Part shown: positions 1 through 13,600 of the stretch, one piece after another
Numbering within the stretch: position 1 is the stretch's first letter
Layout: each line of letters begins with the position of its first letter
From: Squalus acanthias
Lineage: Eukaryota
Reading direction: 5' to 3'
Length of the DNA: 64,000 nucleotides
Assembly (NCBI GenBank): GCA_030390025.1
Contig: CM059432.1
Span: forward strand, 85,934,001 to 85,998,000
Position numbers and translations under genes: made by a program
The notes under the pieces: model-generated
Databases searched by the model: none
Told to the model about the DNA's origin: nothing
The model's input: the letters and a program-made list of their open reading frames with translations, nothing else

Positions 1-1680
1 CCTCGGGAGGAGGCTGATATGGATCATTCACTCGGCATTTCTGACTTAAGATGGTTGCACATGCTTCAGCTTTGTCTTTTGCACTCACGTGCTGTGCTCC
101 GCCATCATTGAGGATGGGGATATTTATGGAACCTTCTCCTCCCGTTAGTTGTTTAATGGTCCACCGCCATTCACGACTGGATGTGGCAGGACTGCAGAAC
201 TTTTACCTGATCCATTGATTGTGGGATCACTTAGCTCTGTCTACTGCATGCTGCTTCCGCTGTTTAGCATGCATGTAGTCTTGTGTTGTAGCTTCCCCAG
301 TTTCGCACCTCATTTTTAGGTACGCCTGGCATGCTCTTCTACACTCCTCCTTGAACCAGGGTTGGTCTCCTGGCTTGATGGTAATGGTAGAGTGAGGAAT
401 ATGCGGGGCCATGAGGTTACAGATTGTGCTGGAATAAAATTCTGCTGCTGCTGATAGCCCACAGCGCCTCATGGGTGCCCATTTTTGAGCTGCTAGATCT
501 GTTCTGAATCTATCCCATTTAGCACAGTGGTAGTGCCCCACAACACGCTGGAGGGTGTCGTTAATGTGAAGACAGGACTTCGTCTCCACAAGGACTGTGC
601 GGTGGTCACTGCTATGGACAGATGCATCTGCGACAGGTAGATTGGTAAGGATGAGGTCAAGTATGTTTTTCCCTCGTGTTGGTTTTCTCCCCACCTGCCG
701 CATGCCCAGTCTGGCAACTATGTCCTTCAGGACATAAGAATATAAGAAATAGGAGCAGGAGTCAGCCATTTGGCCCTTCGAACCTGCTCCGCCATTCAAA
801 AAGATCATGGCTGATCTTCTACCTCATCTCCGCTCGGTCAGTAGTGGTGTTACCGAGCCACTCTTGGTGATGAACATTGAAATCCCCCACCCAGAGTACA
901 TTCTGTGCTCTTGCTACCCTCAGTGCTTCTTCCAAGTGGTGTTCAACATGGAGTACTGATTCATCAGCTGAGGGAGGGCGGTGGGTGGTAATCAACAGGT
1001 GGTTTCCTTGCCCTTGCTTGACCTGAAGCCATGAAACTTCATGGGGTCCGGAGTCAATGTTGAGCACTCCCAGGGCCACAACCTCCCACTGTGCCCCACC
1101 TCTGGTGGGTCTGTCCTGCCGGTGGGACAGGACATACCGAGGGATGGTGATGGAGGAGTCTGGGACATCAGCTGAAAGGTATGATTCTGTGCGTATGACT
1201 ATGTCAGGCTGTTGCTTGACTAGTCTGTGTGGACAGCTCTCCCAATTTTGGCACAATTCCCAGATGTTGGTGAGGAGGACTTTACAGGGTCGGCTCGGCT
1301 GGCCTGGATGTGCCGTTTTCGTGTCCGAAGCCAGTTCCGAGGTCGATGCCGGGTGGTCCGTCAGGTTTTATTCTTCTTATTGCTTTTCATAGTGGTTTGG
1401 TACAACGCTGTGGGTTGCTAGGCCATTTCAAAGGGCAGTTAAGAGTCAACCACATTGCTGTGGGTCTGGAGTCACATATAGGCCAGACCAGGTAAGGACG
1501 GCAGATTTCCTTCCCTAGTTGGGTTTTTACGACAAACCGATAGTTTCATGGTCACCATTACTGATACTAGCTTTTGTTCCAGATTTATTTAATTAACTTT
1601 GGTGGGATTTGAACTCACGTTTTAGTCCAGGCCTCTGGATTTCTAGTCCAGTAACAGAACCACTATGCTACTGTTCCCAT
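1..1680 (-). mobile_element. Family A APE-RT LINE (CR1/L2 group), 5' half with tRNA-like head, degenerate
   Basis: APE endonuclease motifs (QPDIVIxTES, GDFNVH, LDLILTN, SDH) in ORFs 819-1256 and 227-808. Colinear with 12330-13820. A box at 1660-1670 and B box at 1605-1614 on the minus strand. Confidence 0.9.
733..830 (-). mobile_element. Short CR1 (HER1-like) 3' tail inserted in family A
   Basis: acataagaatataagaaataggagcagg...gatcatggctgatc is the reverse complement of the CR1 tail at 33360-33451. It is absent from the colinear family A copy near 12975. Confidence 0.85.
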
Positions 1681-2022
1681 ACAGAACCAGCCTGGCATGC
1701 TGAGTATTTCCAGAATTCTGTTTTTATTTCAGGTCACGCAGGGTTAACAGTCAGGAGATATTGCTATTGCAATTTACTATTTTTCATCCACTAAGATTGT
1801 TTGCTGGGATGATCCACCCCAACCCCTCGACTGGGATTATTTGTCGCTTCCCCTTCCACTACCCCCTCCCACTCCTTTCCTCCCTGTCTCTCTCCCTCCT
1901 CCACTTCCACGGTCACTCCTCCCTTCTCTGCACCCCGTCCCCTTCTCCGGATCCTGTCATCTGCTTCATCCCCTTCCTACTCTGCCTTAGTCAAATTGTC
2001 TCTTGATCGCTAACCCTGCGTT

Positions 2023-3315
2023 ACCTGAAATAAAAACAGAGAATTCTGGAAATACTCAGCTGGCCAGGCAGCATCTGTGGAGAGAAAAACAGAGTTAACG
2101 TTTCAGGTCAATGACCTTTTGTCAGAACTGGCAAAAGTTAGAGATGTAACACGTTTTAAGCAAGTGCAGAGGCAGGGAAAGGCAGGGAGGGGAGTGGGAG
2201 GAAAGATCAAAAGGGAAGGTCTGTCATCGCGTGGAAAGCATGAGTGATTAAATGACAAAACGGATGATGGTGCAAGGCAAAAGCGAGTGGTAATGGGACA
2301 AGTAAAGAAACAAAAGATGGGTCTCGAGGAGCTGTAATTGACAAAAGAACCTGCTGTCTGGAAAAAATGGGAGCAGTGGTTATGGTCTGAAATTGTTGAA
2401 CTCACTGTTGATTCTGGAAGATTGTAAAGTGCCTAATTGAAAGATGAGGTGCTGTTCCTTGAGCTTCAGTTGAGCTTCATTGGAACAGTGTAGGAGGCGG
2501 AGGACAGTGTGGTCAGAGTGGGAGTGGGACGCAGAATTAAAATGACAAACAACCGGAAGCTCAGAATCACACTTGCGGACTGAATGGAGGTGTTCAGCAA
2601 AGCAATCACCCAATCTGTGTTTGTTCTCCCCAATGTAAAGCTGCCCGCAACGTGAGCAGCGAATACAGTATATTAAATTGATAGAAGTACAAGTAAATCG
2701 CTGTTCCACCTGGAAGGAGTGTTTGGAATCCTGGACAGTGGGAAGGTAGGAGGTTAACGGGCAGGTGTTGCATCTCCTATGCTTGCACAGGAAGGTGCCA
2801 AGGGGAGTGGGTGTTCGGGGTGAGGGCAGAAGTGCGGGAAATGGAAAGGACGCAGTCGAGGGCCCTGTCAACCAGGGTGGAGAGCAACCCTCAGTTGAGG
2901 AAAAAGGAAGACATATTGGAAGCACTGGTATGGAAGGTGGCATCGTCAGAGCAGATGCGACTGAGACTGAGAGACTGGGAGAATGGAATAGAAGCAGGGG
3001 GTGGGAGGAAATGTAATCGAGGTAGCTGTGGGAGTCGGTGGGCTTATAGTAGATATTGGTGAACAGTCTATCCCCAGAAATGGAGATAGAGAAGTCGAGG
3101 AAGGAAAGGGAAGAGTCGGAGATGGACCATGTGAAGGCAAGGGAAGGGTGGAAATGGGAAGCAAAGTTGATGAAATTTTCATGTTTGGGGCGAGAGCAGG
3201 AAGTGGCACTGATACAGTCATCAATGTACTGGAAAAAGAGGTAAGGGAGGGGTCCTGAGTAGGACTGGAACAAATAATGTTCCATGTATCCTACGAAAAG
3301 GCAGGCATAGCTAGA
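2023..3315 (-). mobile_element. Penelope-like retroelement (RT fragment plus GIY-YIG endonuclease), 5' truncated, frameshifted
   Basis: ORF 2380-3285 has the YIDD RT motif, FLD..I, YYKPTDSHSYL and the GIY-YIG region LIYCIRCSRCGQLYIGE...RL..CFAEH...HFN. The terminal repeat unit lies at 2023-2131. Confidence 0.9.
2093..2129 (-). ncRNA. Minimal type I hammerhead ribozyme in the Penelope terminal repeat, core mutated
   Basis: Minus strand reads AGTT-CTGACAA-A-AGGTC att GACCT-GAAA-CGTT-AACT. CUGANGA is changed to CUGACAA. Confidence 0.7.
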
Positions 3316-4107
3316 CGTGAATGCTACATTTGTTCTTGATACCTATTGTGCAGTGTTTTGGGAGATTGACTAATATCCAATAAATTCCAGATAAATAAAT
3401 TTCCCTGGGATAACCAGAGGAAATCGCAACCAAATAATGGGTTGTGGCTTCTAGTGTTCTCTTTTTTTTTAATTCTTAGTACGTGGATAATTCCTTTTGA
3501 TTTTCTATTAGTTTTCAGATATTTTATGGAAGTATTTGTGGAGCATACTATATTGTAGGATATTCTCTACAATAATCAGGAGTGTCCCCTATTTACGTGC
3601 AGTTAGCAGACTAGGTCCTCTGGTGCAATCATCTAATTCCTGTTATAAATATATCCATTAGTGTATTACAAAACGTTATTTTCTCATTTCTGGAATTATT
3701 CTGTAACTCACAGTCAGGCCTATTGTAAACTCATTCTTGCACGCTAATTCAGGTTATCCGATATAAAGACACTAAATAATGAGGTAATTGAGCACAACTC
3801 CGCTCAATTATAGCTCCCTTTTAGTCATCAGCAATAAATAGATCAATTTTATGAAAACAAGTGAGCCACATCCCTTGAAATTCCAGCAGAATGGTAATTT
3901 GCACGTTATTCCTCGTCTTCAAATATTGTTTGTTTGATTTGCAAATTTCCAGATTTTTCAACAAAAGAATTAGTGCTTGAAGTACCCACCAAACTCCCTG
4001 CAAATAAACTTCCATATGCAGAAACTGTTAAGTGATACAACCTTAGTGTGTAGATGCCATGTCTACATTTGCAGTATTTTTGATTAAATGTCTCTAACCC
4101 GTAATTG

Positions 4108-4492
4108 TAGAAACATAGAAAAATAGGAGCAGAAGTAGGCCATTCGGCCCTTTGAGCCCGCTCCGCCATTCATTATGATCATGGCTGATCCTCTATCTCA
4201 ATACCATATTCCCGCTCTCTCCCCATACCTCTTGATGCCTTTTGTGTCTAGAAATCTATCTATCTCCTTCTTAAATATATTCAGTGACTTGGCCTCCACA
4301 GCCTTCTGTGGTAGAGAATTCCACAGGTTCACCACCCTCTGAGTGAAGACATTTCTCCTCATCTTAGTCCTAAATGTCCTACCCCGTATCCTGAGACTGT
4401 GACCCCTCGTTCTAGACCCCCCAGCCAGGGGAAACATCCTCCCTGCATCCAGTTTGTCTAGCCCTGTCAGAATTTTATACGTTTCAATGAGA
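4108..4492 (-). mobile_element. CR1 (HER1-like) LINE 3' fragment
   Basis: ORF 4198-4437 (TRGHSLRI...FTQRVVNLWNSLP) followed by the tail and acatagaa terminal repeats. Confidence 0.9.
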
Positions 4493-4744
4493 AAATCTAC
4501 AGCATAGAATTTTTAAATCTACTAACCATGTCTAGCGGAAGAGAATAAGTAATGCACAAAAGTGACCTATTTTCTGTGATTCATATTGAAATATATTTAT
4601 TGTGATCATAAGAACAACATGAAACTTACCAGAATCAAAATATTTAAGAAGGCTTTGTTGTAAAGGCAACCGTATATTTACAATACTAGTAAAATAGAAA
4701 CACAGCAAAAATATTTATTCAAAGTCATCATTTATTTAAGGTTT

Positions 4745-6590
4745 ATTTCCAGAGGGATAGAATTGAAAAGTAGAGAAGTTATGCTAAACTTGTATCAAAC
4801 CTTGGTTAGACCACACTTGGATTATTGTGTACAGTTCTGGTCGCCATATTATTAAAAGGGTATAGAGGCACTGGAGAGGGTGCAAAAAAGATTTACAAGA
4901 ATGATAACAGAACTGTGAGGTTATACCTATCTGGAAAAGATGAACAGGCTGGGTCTCTTTTCTCTTGTAAAGAGAAGGCTGAGGAGTGACCTAATAGAGG
5001 TCTTTAAAATTATGAAAGGTTTTGATAGAGTAGACATGGAGAGAGTGCTTCCACTTGTGGGGACGAGTAAAACTAGAGGCCATCAATATAAGATAGTCAC
5101 CAAGAAATCAAATAGGGAATTCAGAAGAAACTTTGTTACCCAGAGAGCGGTGAGAATGTGGCACTCGCTACCACAGGGAATAGTTGAGGCGAATAGTTGA
5201 GGTGGATAAAGGGGAACCAGTAGATGTCGTGTATTTGGATTTCCAGAAGCCATTCGATAAGGTGCCACATAAAAGGTTACTGCACAAGATAAGAGCTCAC
5301 TAAGTTGGGGGTACTATATTAGCATGGATAGAGGATTTGCTAACTAACAGAAAACAGAGTCGGGATAAATGGGTCATTTTCAGCTTGGCAAACTGTAACT
5401 AATGGGGTGCCACAGGGACCAGTGCGGGGCCTCAACTATTTACAATCTATATTAATGACTTGGATGAAGGGACCGAGTGTACTGTAGCCAAATTTGCTGA
5501 TGATACAAAGATAGGTGGGAAAGCAAGTTGTGAGGAGGACACAGAGTCTGCAAAGGGATATAGATAGGTTAAGTGAGTGGGCAAAAATTTGGCAGATGGA
5601 GTATAATGTGGGAAAATGTGAGGCTATCCACTTTGGTAGGAAGAATAAAAGATCAAATTATTATTTAAATAGAGAGACTACAGAATGCTGCGGTACAGAG
5701 GGATCTGGGGGTCCTCGTACATGAAACACAAAAAGTTAGCATGCAGGTACAGCAAGTAATTTGGAAGGCAAATGGAATGTTGGCCTTTATTGCAAGGGGA
5801 ATGGAGTATAAAAGTAGGGAAGTCTTGCTACAACTGTACAGGGCGCTGGTGAGGCCACATCTGGAGTACTGTGTGCAGTTTTGGTCTCCTTATTAAGGAG
5901 GGATATACTTGCATTGGAGGCAGTTCAGAGAAGGTTCACTAGGTTGATTCCTGAGATGAAGGGGTTTTCTTATGAAGAAAGGTTGAGCAGGTTGGGCCTA
6001 CACTCATTGGAGTTTAGAAGAATGAGAGGTGATCTTATTGAAACATATAAGTTTCTGAGGGGGCTTGACAGGATAGATGCAGAGAGGATGTTTCCCCTTG
6101 TGGGGGAATCTAGAACTAGGGGGCATAGTTTCAGAATATGCGGTCGCCATTTAGATGAGGAGGAATTTCTTCTCTCAGGGTCGTGAATCTTCGGAATTCT
6201 CTACCCCAGAGAGCTGTGGAGGCGGAGTCATTGAATATATTCAAGGCGGAGATAGACAGATATTTGAGCTACAGGGGAGTCAAGGGTTATGGGGAGCGGG
6301 TGGGAAATTGGAGTTGAGGCCAAGATCAGATCAGCCATGATCTTATTAAATAGCTGAGCAGACTCGAGGGGCCAAATGGCCTACTCCTGCTCCTATTTCT
6401 TATGTTCTTATAGTATAAATGCATTTACGGGGAAGCTAGATAAGCATGTGAGGGAGAAGGAAATAGAGGGTTATGTTGATAGAGTTAGATGAGGAAAGAC
6501 TGGAGGAGGCTCGAGTGGAGCATAAACGCTGGCAGGGACTGGTTGGGCCGAATGGCCTGATTCTGTGCTGTTGATCCTATGTAAGCCTTT
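4745..6590 (+). mobile_element. CR1 LINE 3' fragment, split by a second CR1 insertion
   Basis: [14 protein letters not shown] region and ORF 4940-5200. The sequence resumes at about 6410 (aatgcatttacggggaagctagataag). Confidence 0.85.
5198..6409 (+). mobile_element. Nested CR1 LINE (RT to 3' tail)
   Basis: DFQKxFDKV, GVPQG and KFADDTK motifs, tail ttcttatgttctt. Flanked by an ATAGT direct repeat (5193-5197 / 6410-6414). Confidence 0.9.
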
Positions 6591-6596
6591 GTAATT

Positions 6597-7320
6597 TTAA
6601 ATGGGGTTCAGGAACAGAGACCTGGGGTGAACGTATACAAGTCTTTGAAGGTGGCAGGACAAGTTGAGAAGGCTGTTAAAAAAGACATATGGGATCCTTG
6701 GCTTTATAAATAGAAGCATAGAGTACAAAAGCAAGGAGGTTATGCTAAACCTTTTTAAAACAGTCGTTAGGCCCCAGCTGGGGTATTGTCCAATTCTGGG
6801 CAACACACTTTAGGAACAATGTCAAGGTCTTCGAGAGGGTTCAGAGGAGATTTACTAGAATGGTACCCAGAGATGAAAGACGTCAGTAATGTGGAGGGAC
6901 TAGAGAAGCTGGGGTTGTTCTCCTTAGAGCAGAGAAGGTTAAAAGGAGATTTGATAGAGATGTTCAAAATCATTAAGGATTTTGATAGAGTAAGTAAGGA
7001 GCAACTGTTTGCAGTGGCAGATGGGTCGGTTACCAGAGGACACAGATTTAAGGTAATTGGCAAAAGAACCAGAGACGACATGAGGAAAAACATTTTTAGG
7101 CAGTGAGCTGTTATGATCTGGAATGCACTGCCTGAAAGGGTTGTGGAACCAGATTCAATAATAACTTTCAAAAGGGAGTTGGATAAATACTTGAAAAGGA
7201 AAATTTTGCAGGGCTATCGGGAAAGAGCATGGGAGTGGGTTTAATTGGATAGTTCTTTCAAAGAGTCGGCATAGGCATGATGGGCCTCTTTCTGTGCTGT
7301 ATCATTCTATGATTCTAAGA
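6597..7320 (+). mobile_element. CR1 LINE 3' fragment (attctatg-tail subfamily)
   Basis: ORF 6786-7106 (LGLFSLEQRRLKGDLIE...TRGH); tail cattctatgattct. Confidence 0.85.
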
Positions 7321-8094
7321 TGCTGACAGCTTGTTTTCTATTCACAATTAATTTTTACAGTCTGTTTGTAATGCTCACTGGTTGTAATGTTAATTTCGAT
7401 GTAGTGTTCAGTTTTTAAACATCCAAACTATATTGCACTGAGTGCTGGATTTCTACACCTATTAATGCTCCCTATACTGCTCAACTCATGAAGTTCAAAA
7501 TAAAATTTGAGCTCAAAAGCATTTTCTTATGGAGGAAATGAGCTTCCTGCTATAATCTGGATATCAGTAAAATACATTTTTAAGCCTGTAATTTTTTGAA
7601 ATAAGACATACAATTTACTGCAGATTTTCAGCTCTAGTGTTTATTCATGAACATCCAACACTAGAAAGCAGTCTGAGATTAGTCAAGGTAGAAAACAACA
7701 TTTTTCTTGATGACCAGCATTATTTCACACTACTGCCAAGTTCAAACTTTGAGTGTGAAGATTCAGCTAAAGGGTAAATTTTGGAAGACTCCTAGTGCAG
7801 AGTATCCTGGGCAAGTCTCACTCACTTATTATGATCCGCTGGGATCACCTAACTTCCAAATCTATAAAGACCAGAACAAAAATATGCTTTTTAAAAAAAA
7901 AAAACTGGATCTTTGTCTTTTCAGCAAACACTTTGTGGAAATGAAATGAGAGAATCTTGCAGCATACTTCCACAACAGGAGTAATTTAATGAACGGGGGC
8001 CTGTAAAATCATGGGAGATTGAACTATTGGCTATAGTTCTCAGTCCGATATAGGTGTTAACTTTTTCATACTTAAAGGAAGAAAGACTAGTATT

Positions 8095-8366
8095 TATACA
8101 ATAATTACTTGCATTTATATAACAGGGTTGACGTAGAAAACTGTCCCAAGTTGCTTCACAGAAGCGTAATCAAACAATGGACGGCGAGCTGGTGAAGGAG
8201 TTTTTAGGGGAGTCTTAAAGGAGGGGAGGGATAGAGAGAGAATTCCAGAGCATACGGGCTAGACAACTGAAGGCATGGCCACTACTGGTGGGGTGAAGGG
8301 AGTGGGGGATGCACAAGAGGCCAGAGTTGGAGGAACCCAGACTTCTCGGAGGATTGTAAGGCTGCA
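8095..8366 (-). mobile_element. L2-like LINE 3' end
   Basis: Similar to 57250-57600: ttgcatttatat tail signature and a LQPYNPPRSL.SSNSGLL..P translation. Confidence 0.7.
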
Positions 8367-10644
8367 GTGGCGAGGCCATGTAGGCAGGGCAGATTAACAC
8401 ACGGACCTATGGGGGCTGTGCCCAGGGGCCCTATCCAAACATAGGATTCTCGGGGAAAACTTACTGTAACAAAGACAAACTACATATAACTGCTGAATCA
8501 ATTTAATTTAACGGAGTATATTATAACGTGATTTACTTATTATTAATGCAACGTTCCCTCTAAGCTGCACAACTGCGCAGCTCTCTGCCGGTCCCGTGCA
8601 GCCTGGGACCGGCTTTTTCAATGTCAAATTCTGTGAATGGGCTGTGCAGAAAATGCAGTAGGAGTTTTAAGGTAGTCTTGAAAAGTAGCTCTAACACCAA
8701 ATAAGCAGCGTTCAAAGATTACAGTTGTCATATTTTGTGTCACTCAGAATTTTTAACAATTCTAATTGCTTCAAAGGATTCAAGAAAATTTTGGGGTTTG
8801 TTTTATATTTCATATTTTCTCCCCTTTCAAACACCCCTGCACCTTTCCCCAGCCGATGTTCACCAAATCTCTGTCCATCAATTCTGAAAATGGCTGCTGC
8901 GACGTGCACTGTATGTAGTGTGGTTCTGTGCTCTGGCTTCCTTTTTTTTCTCTCCGCTGTCGCCCTGTAGGCAGTACCAGGCCTCACTGGATGCCTCCCA
9001 CTGTCAACCTGGCTGAAGTTTGGAGTTCAGTCATGTTGGGGAGTGTGGGCTTAATCTTGTGTCATACTACTCCAATGTGCCCAGCCATTGCACTGCTTCT
9101 GTACCTGTAAATTCAGTATGAAGTTCTAACACAGCTTCTACATCTTCATTTCATAAGTAGTTAAAAATTCCATCTGCTTGTAGTTGTGACAGTTAAAATG
9201 TATTATTATTTCAGGGCATGGTATTGCATCCAAATGCAAGTATCTGATCTGACAGATGGATCTGTCTGTTCACATACCAAAGACCTGAGTCATTGGATTT
9301 AGTTTTCCATTACCAAAAAAGTCTACTTAGTTTTAATCAATTTTAAAATTGGCTATAAGTATATAATACTGTTGTTGCCCCATAATTATAGATGATATAA
9401 AGGAAGATACTTGAACTATTTATTTCTGTTGGTGGTGGTAAAGTTTAGAACTGCTGGATAAAAGCAGCCTGGGGGCAGACTATTTTATAGAATTCCCTTT
9501 TATAAGATGTTTTTGTATAGAATATTTTCAGTGTTACCCCAGTTAGGTTAGGGACTGCTAAAATTGGCCAGGGATCCTGTTGCTGTTGCTATCCGGTAGC
9601 GTACTGGGAGTGCATTGTGTCAACATCAGGTGAGGACTGGATTGGGCTCAGCTGTGATTCTCCCTGAATCAAATAGCTGCCACCTAATGTCTAGGTTCAC
9701 ACATGGAGAATAGCCACTTGGCCAAAGTACAAGAGAGTGCCCAGCATGAGTGGAGCTGTACTCCAGCAAGATTTGATGCCTTCAGGAGTAGAGTTGAAGG
9801 GAGAAAAGTGGTAGAAAATGAAGGGCGATGAGAAAATAAGTCCTTTTTTGCTTGATACGGTGAAGTTGTATTCCAGTGACAAAGAATAGGTACAATAGAC
9901 TGAGGGCATTCTGTTGGTAGCATTGAAGTGGAGCTTCAGGGTAGTGTCATATAAGGGGGGCTTTCTAGACAAAGTCTCTCACCAGCAGTTCAACACTGTA
10001 CAAGAGCTGTAGGCATTAGTTTCCCCTCTTTATAACACTGAGGCAGTTCACTAGGACATTCTTATTTAGTTTTCGTGCTGTTAGTTATGTTCACTCTCTC
10101 CTTTTTAAGGAGGATTTATAGCAGTACTCAGTTTTAAATATTTATGACTGGTTTTCACAGAAAAATAGATGGAATTGTAGAATGTGATCCCAGAATAGTA
10201 GTAAATGTTCTAGAATCTCATGTAACAAAAATGGAATTTGATTTTTTCAGTCACTAAGCCTGTGACCCTGTTTAACGTTAGTACTCATTCAATGCTGATC
10301 TCAGTTGAGTATATACTATAATTGATAATCGGTGTGGAATTACTGGATTAACAATTAATCCTGTTTAGTGTTGAATTAATTCATTATTACATTTAAACCG
10401 AAGAAGGCTAAAAAGTTCCAGTTTCTATTATTGGGGGAAAAAAAATCCTTTTCCCCTTTCTTGAAAATGTTCTCCCTTCTTCTTTCCTAAAGACTTTGAA
10501 TTCTTGCTGTGGTATGGCCCAACAGATGCCTTCCAGTACCTTGCCCGACTGGTCATTATTTATGTGTGAGCCTCTGCATTGATTGCTATCAGACTACTGA
10601 CTCATGGGAGATGTCACAGATGAGTTTGATTCTGAATACACCTG

Positions 10645-13600
10645 ATTTTTTTTTTATTATTCATTCCTGGGATGTGGACATCGCTGGCAAGGCCAGCATT
10701 TATTGCCCATCCCTAATTGCCCTTGAGAAGGTAGTGGTAAGCTGCCTTTTTAAACCACTGCAGTCCCTATGGTGAAGGTGCTCCCACAGTACAGTTTGGA
10801 TTTTGACCCAGCGAAGGTGAAAAACGGGTGATATATTTCCAAGTCAGGATGGTGTGTGACTTTGAGGAGAACTTGGAGGTGATGGTGTTCCCATGTGCCT
10901 GCTGCCCTTGTCCTTCTAGGTGGTAGAGGTCGCGGGTTTGGGAGGTGCTGTTAAAGACGCTTTGGCGAGTTGCTGCAGTGCATCTTATAGATGGTACACA
11001 CTGCAGCCACGGTGCGCCAGTGATGGAGGGAGTGAATGTTTAAGGTATGGCCGGGTGCCAATCAAGCTGGCTATTTTGTCCTAGATGGTGTTGACCCTTG
11101 AGTGTTGTTGGAGCTGCACTCATCCAGGCAAGTGGAGAGTATTATTCCATCATACTCCTGACTTGTGCTGTGTAGATGATGGAAAGGCTTTGGGGAGTCA
11201 GGAGGTGAGTCACTCACCACAGAATACCCAGCCTCTGACGTGCTCTTGTAGCCACAGTATTTATGTGGCTGGTCCAGTTAAGCTTCTGGTCAATGGTGAC
11301 CCCCAGGATGATGTTGGTGGGTGAATTCGGCGATGGTAATGCCGTTTAATCTCATGGGATGGTGGTTAGAATCTCTGTTGTTGGAGATAGTCATTGCCTG
11401 GCACTTGTGTGGCACGAATGTTACTTGCCACTTAGCAGCCCAAGCCTGAATGTTGTCCAGGTCTTGCTGCATGCGGGGATGGACTGTTTCATTATCTGAG
11501 GAGTTTTGAATGGAACTGAACACTGCAATCATTAATGAACATCCCCACTTCTGACCTTATGATGGAGGGAAAGTCATTGATGAAGCAGCTGAAGATGGTT
11601 GGGCCGAGGACACTGACCTGAGGAACTTCTGCAGCAATGTCCTGGGGCTGAAATGATTGGCCTCCAACAACCAAAACCATCTTTATTTGTGCTAGGTATG
11701 ACTCCAGCCAGTGGAGAGTTTTACCCTTGATTCCCTTTGACTTCAATTTTACTAGGGCACCTTGATGCCACACTCTGTCAAATGCTGCCTTGATGTCAAG
11801 GGCAATCAATCTCCCCTCGCCTCTGGAATTCAGCTCTTCTGTCCATGTTTGGACCAAGGCTGTAATGAAGTCTGGAGCCGAATGGTCCTGGTAGAACCCA
11901 TACTGAGCATCGGTGAACAGTTTATTGGTGAGTAAGTGTTGCTTGACAGCACTGTCGATTACCCCTTCCATCACTTTGCTGATGATCAAGAGTAGACTGA
12001 TGGGCCGGTAATTAGCAGGATTGGATTTGTCCTGCTTTTTGTGGACAGGACATACCTGGGCAATTTTCCACATTCTTGGGTAGATGCCAGTGTTGTAGCT
12101 GTACTGGAACAACTTGGCTAAAGGTGTGGTCAGTTCTGGAACACAAGTCTTTGTTGTATCCAGTGCGCTGAGCCATTTCTTGATATCACGTGGAGTGAAT
12201 CGAATAGGCTGAAGACTGGCTTCTGTGATGGTGGGGACCTCAGGAGGAGGCCAAAATGGATCATCCACTCGGCACTTCTGGCTGAAGATGGTTGCTAATA
12301 CTTCAGCCTTGTCTTTTGCACTCACGTGCTGGGCTCCGTCCTCATTGTGGATGGCGATATTCATGGAGCCTCCTCCTCCCGTTAGTTGTTTAATTGTCCA
12401 CCACCATTCACGACTGGATGTGGCAGGACTGCCGAGCTTTGATCTGATCTGTTGGTTGTGGGATCGCTTAGCTCTGTCTTTAGCATGCTGTTTCCGCTAT
12501 TTAGCATTTAGGTAGTCCTGTGTTGTAGCTTCCCCAGGTTGGTTCTTCATTTTTAGGTACGCCTGGTGCTGCTCCTGGCATGCTCTTCTACACTCCTCAT
12601 TGAACCAGGGTTGGTCCCCTGACTTGATGGTAATGGTAGAGTGAGGGATATGCGGGGCCATGAGGTTACAGATTGTGGTGGAATAAAATTCTGCTGCTGC
12701 TGATGGCCCATAGTGCCTCATGGATAACCAGTTTTGAGCTGCTAGATCTGTTCTGAATCTATCCCATTTAGCATGGTGGTAGTGCCACACAACACGATGG
12801 TGGTGTCCTTAGTGTGAAGACGGGACTTCGTCTCCACAAGGACTGTGCGGTGGTCACTCTCCTGGACAGATGCATCTGCGACCGGTAGATTGGTGAGGAC
12901 GAGGCCAAGTAGGTTTTCCCCTCGTGTTGGTTCTCCCACTACCTGCCGCAGGCCCAGTCTGGCAACTATGTGCTTTAGGTCTTGGCCAGCTTGGTCAGTA
13001 GTTGTGCTACCGAGGCATTCTTGGACATTGAAGTCCCCCACCCAGAGAACGATTGCGCCCTTGCTACCCAAAGTGCTTCTTCCAAGTGGTGTTCAACACG
13101 GAGGAGTACTGATTCATCAGCTGAAGGAGGGCAGTAGGTGGTAATCAGCAGGAGGTTCCCTTGCTCATGTTTGACCTGATGCCACGAGGCTTCAATGTTG
13201 TGGCATCCCAGGGCCACCCCCTCCTGACTGTATACCACCAAGCTGCCTCCTCTGGTATGTCCTGTCCCACTGGCAGGACAGACCCAGGGATGGTGATGGA
13301 GGAGTCTGGGACATTGGCTGAAAGTCATACTCACAGAATCATACCTATGGCAGGCTGTTGCTGACTAGTCTGCGGGACAGCTCTCCCAATTTTTGCACAA
13401 GTCCCCAGATGTTAGTGAGGAGGACTTTGCAGGGTCGACTGAGCTGGGTGTGCCATTGTCGTGTTCGATGCCGAGGTTGATGCCGGGTGGTCCGTCCGGT
13501 TTTATTCTTAGTATACTTCTTTGTAGCGGTTTGGTACAACTGAGTGGATTGTTCAGAGGGCAGTTAAGTGTCAACCACATTGCTGAGGGTCTGCAGTCAC

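Noticed and set aside
1600..1680. Functional tRNA genes at the tRNA-like heads (also 36470-36540 and 37525-37590)
   Set aside because: A/B boxes are present but I could not fold a full cloverleaf, and each head is attached to a retroelement body.
8365..8650. Possible hAT-like terminal fragments (cagggcagatta..., gttccctctaagctg)
   Set aside because: No matching opposite terminus or 8-bp TSD found; too weak to call.
10251..10310. Possible upstream ABCC exon after ttttttcAG (TKPVTLFNV...)
   Set aside because: No convincing transmembrane or ABCC motif and no good donor; the preceding TMD1 exon is probably outside the window.
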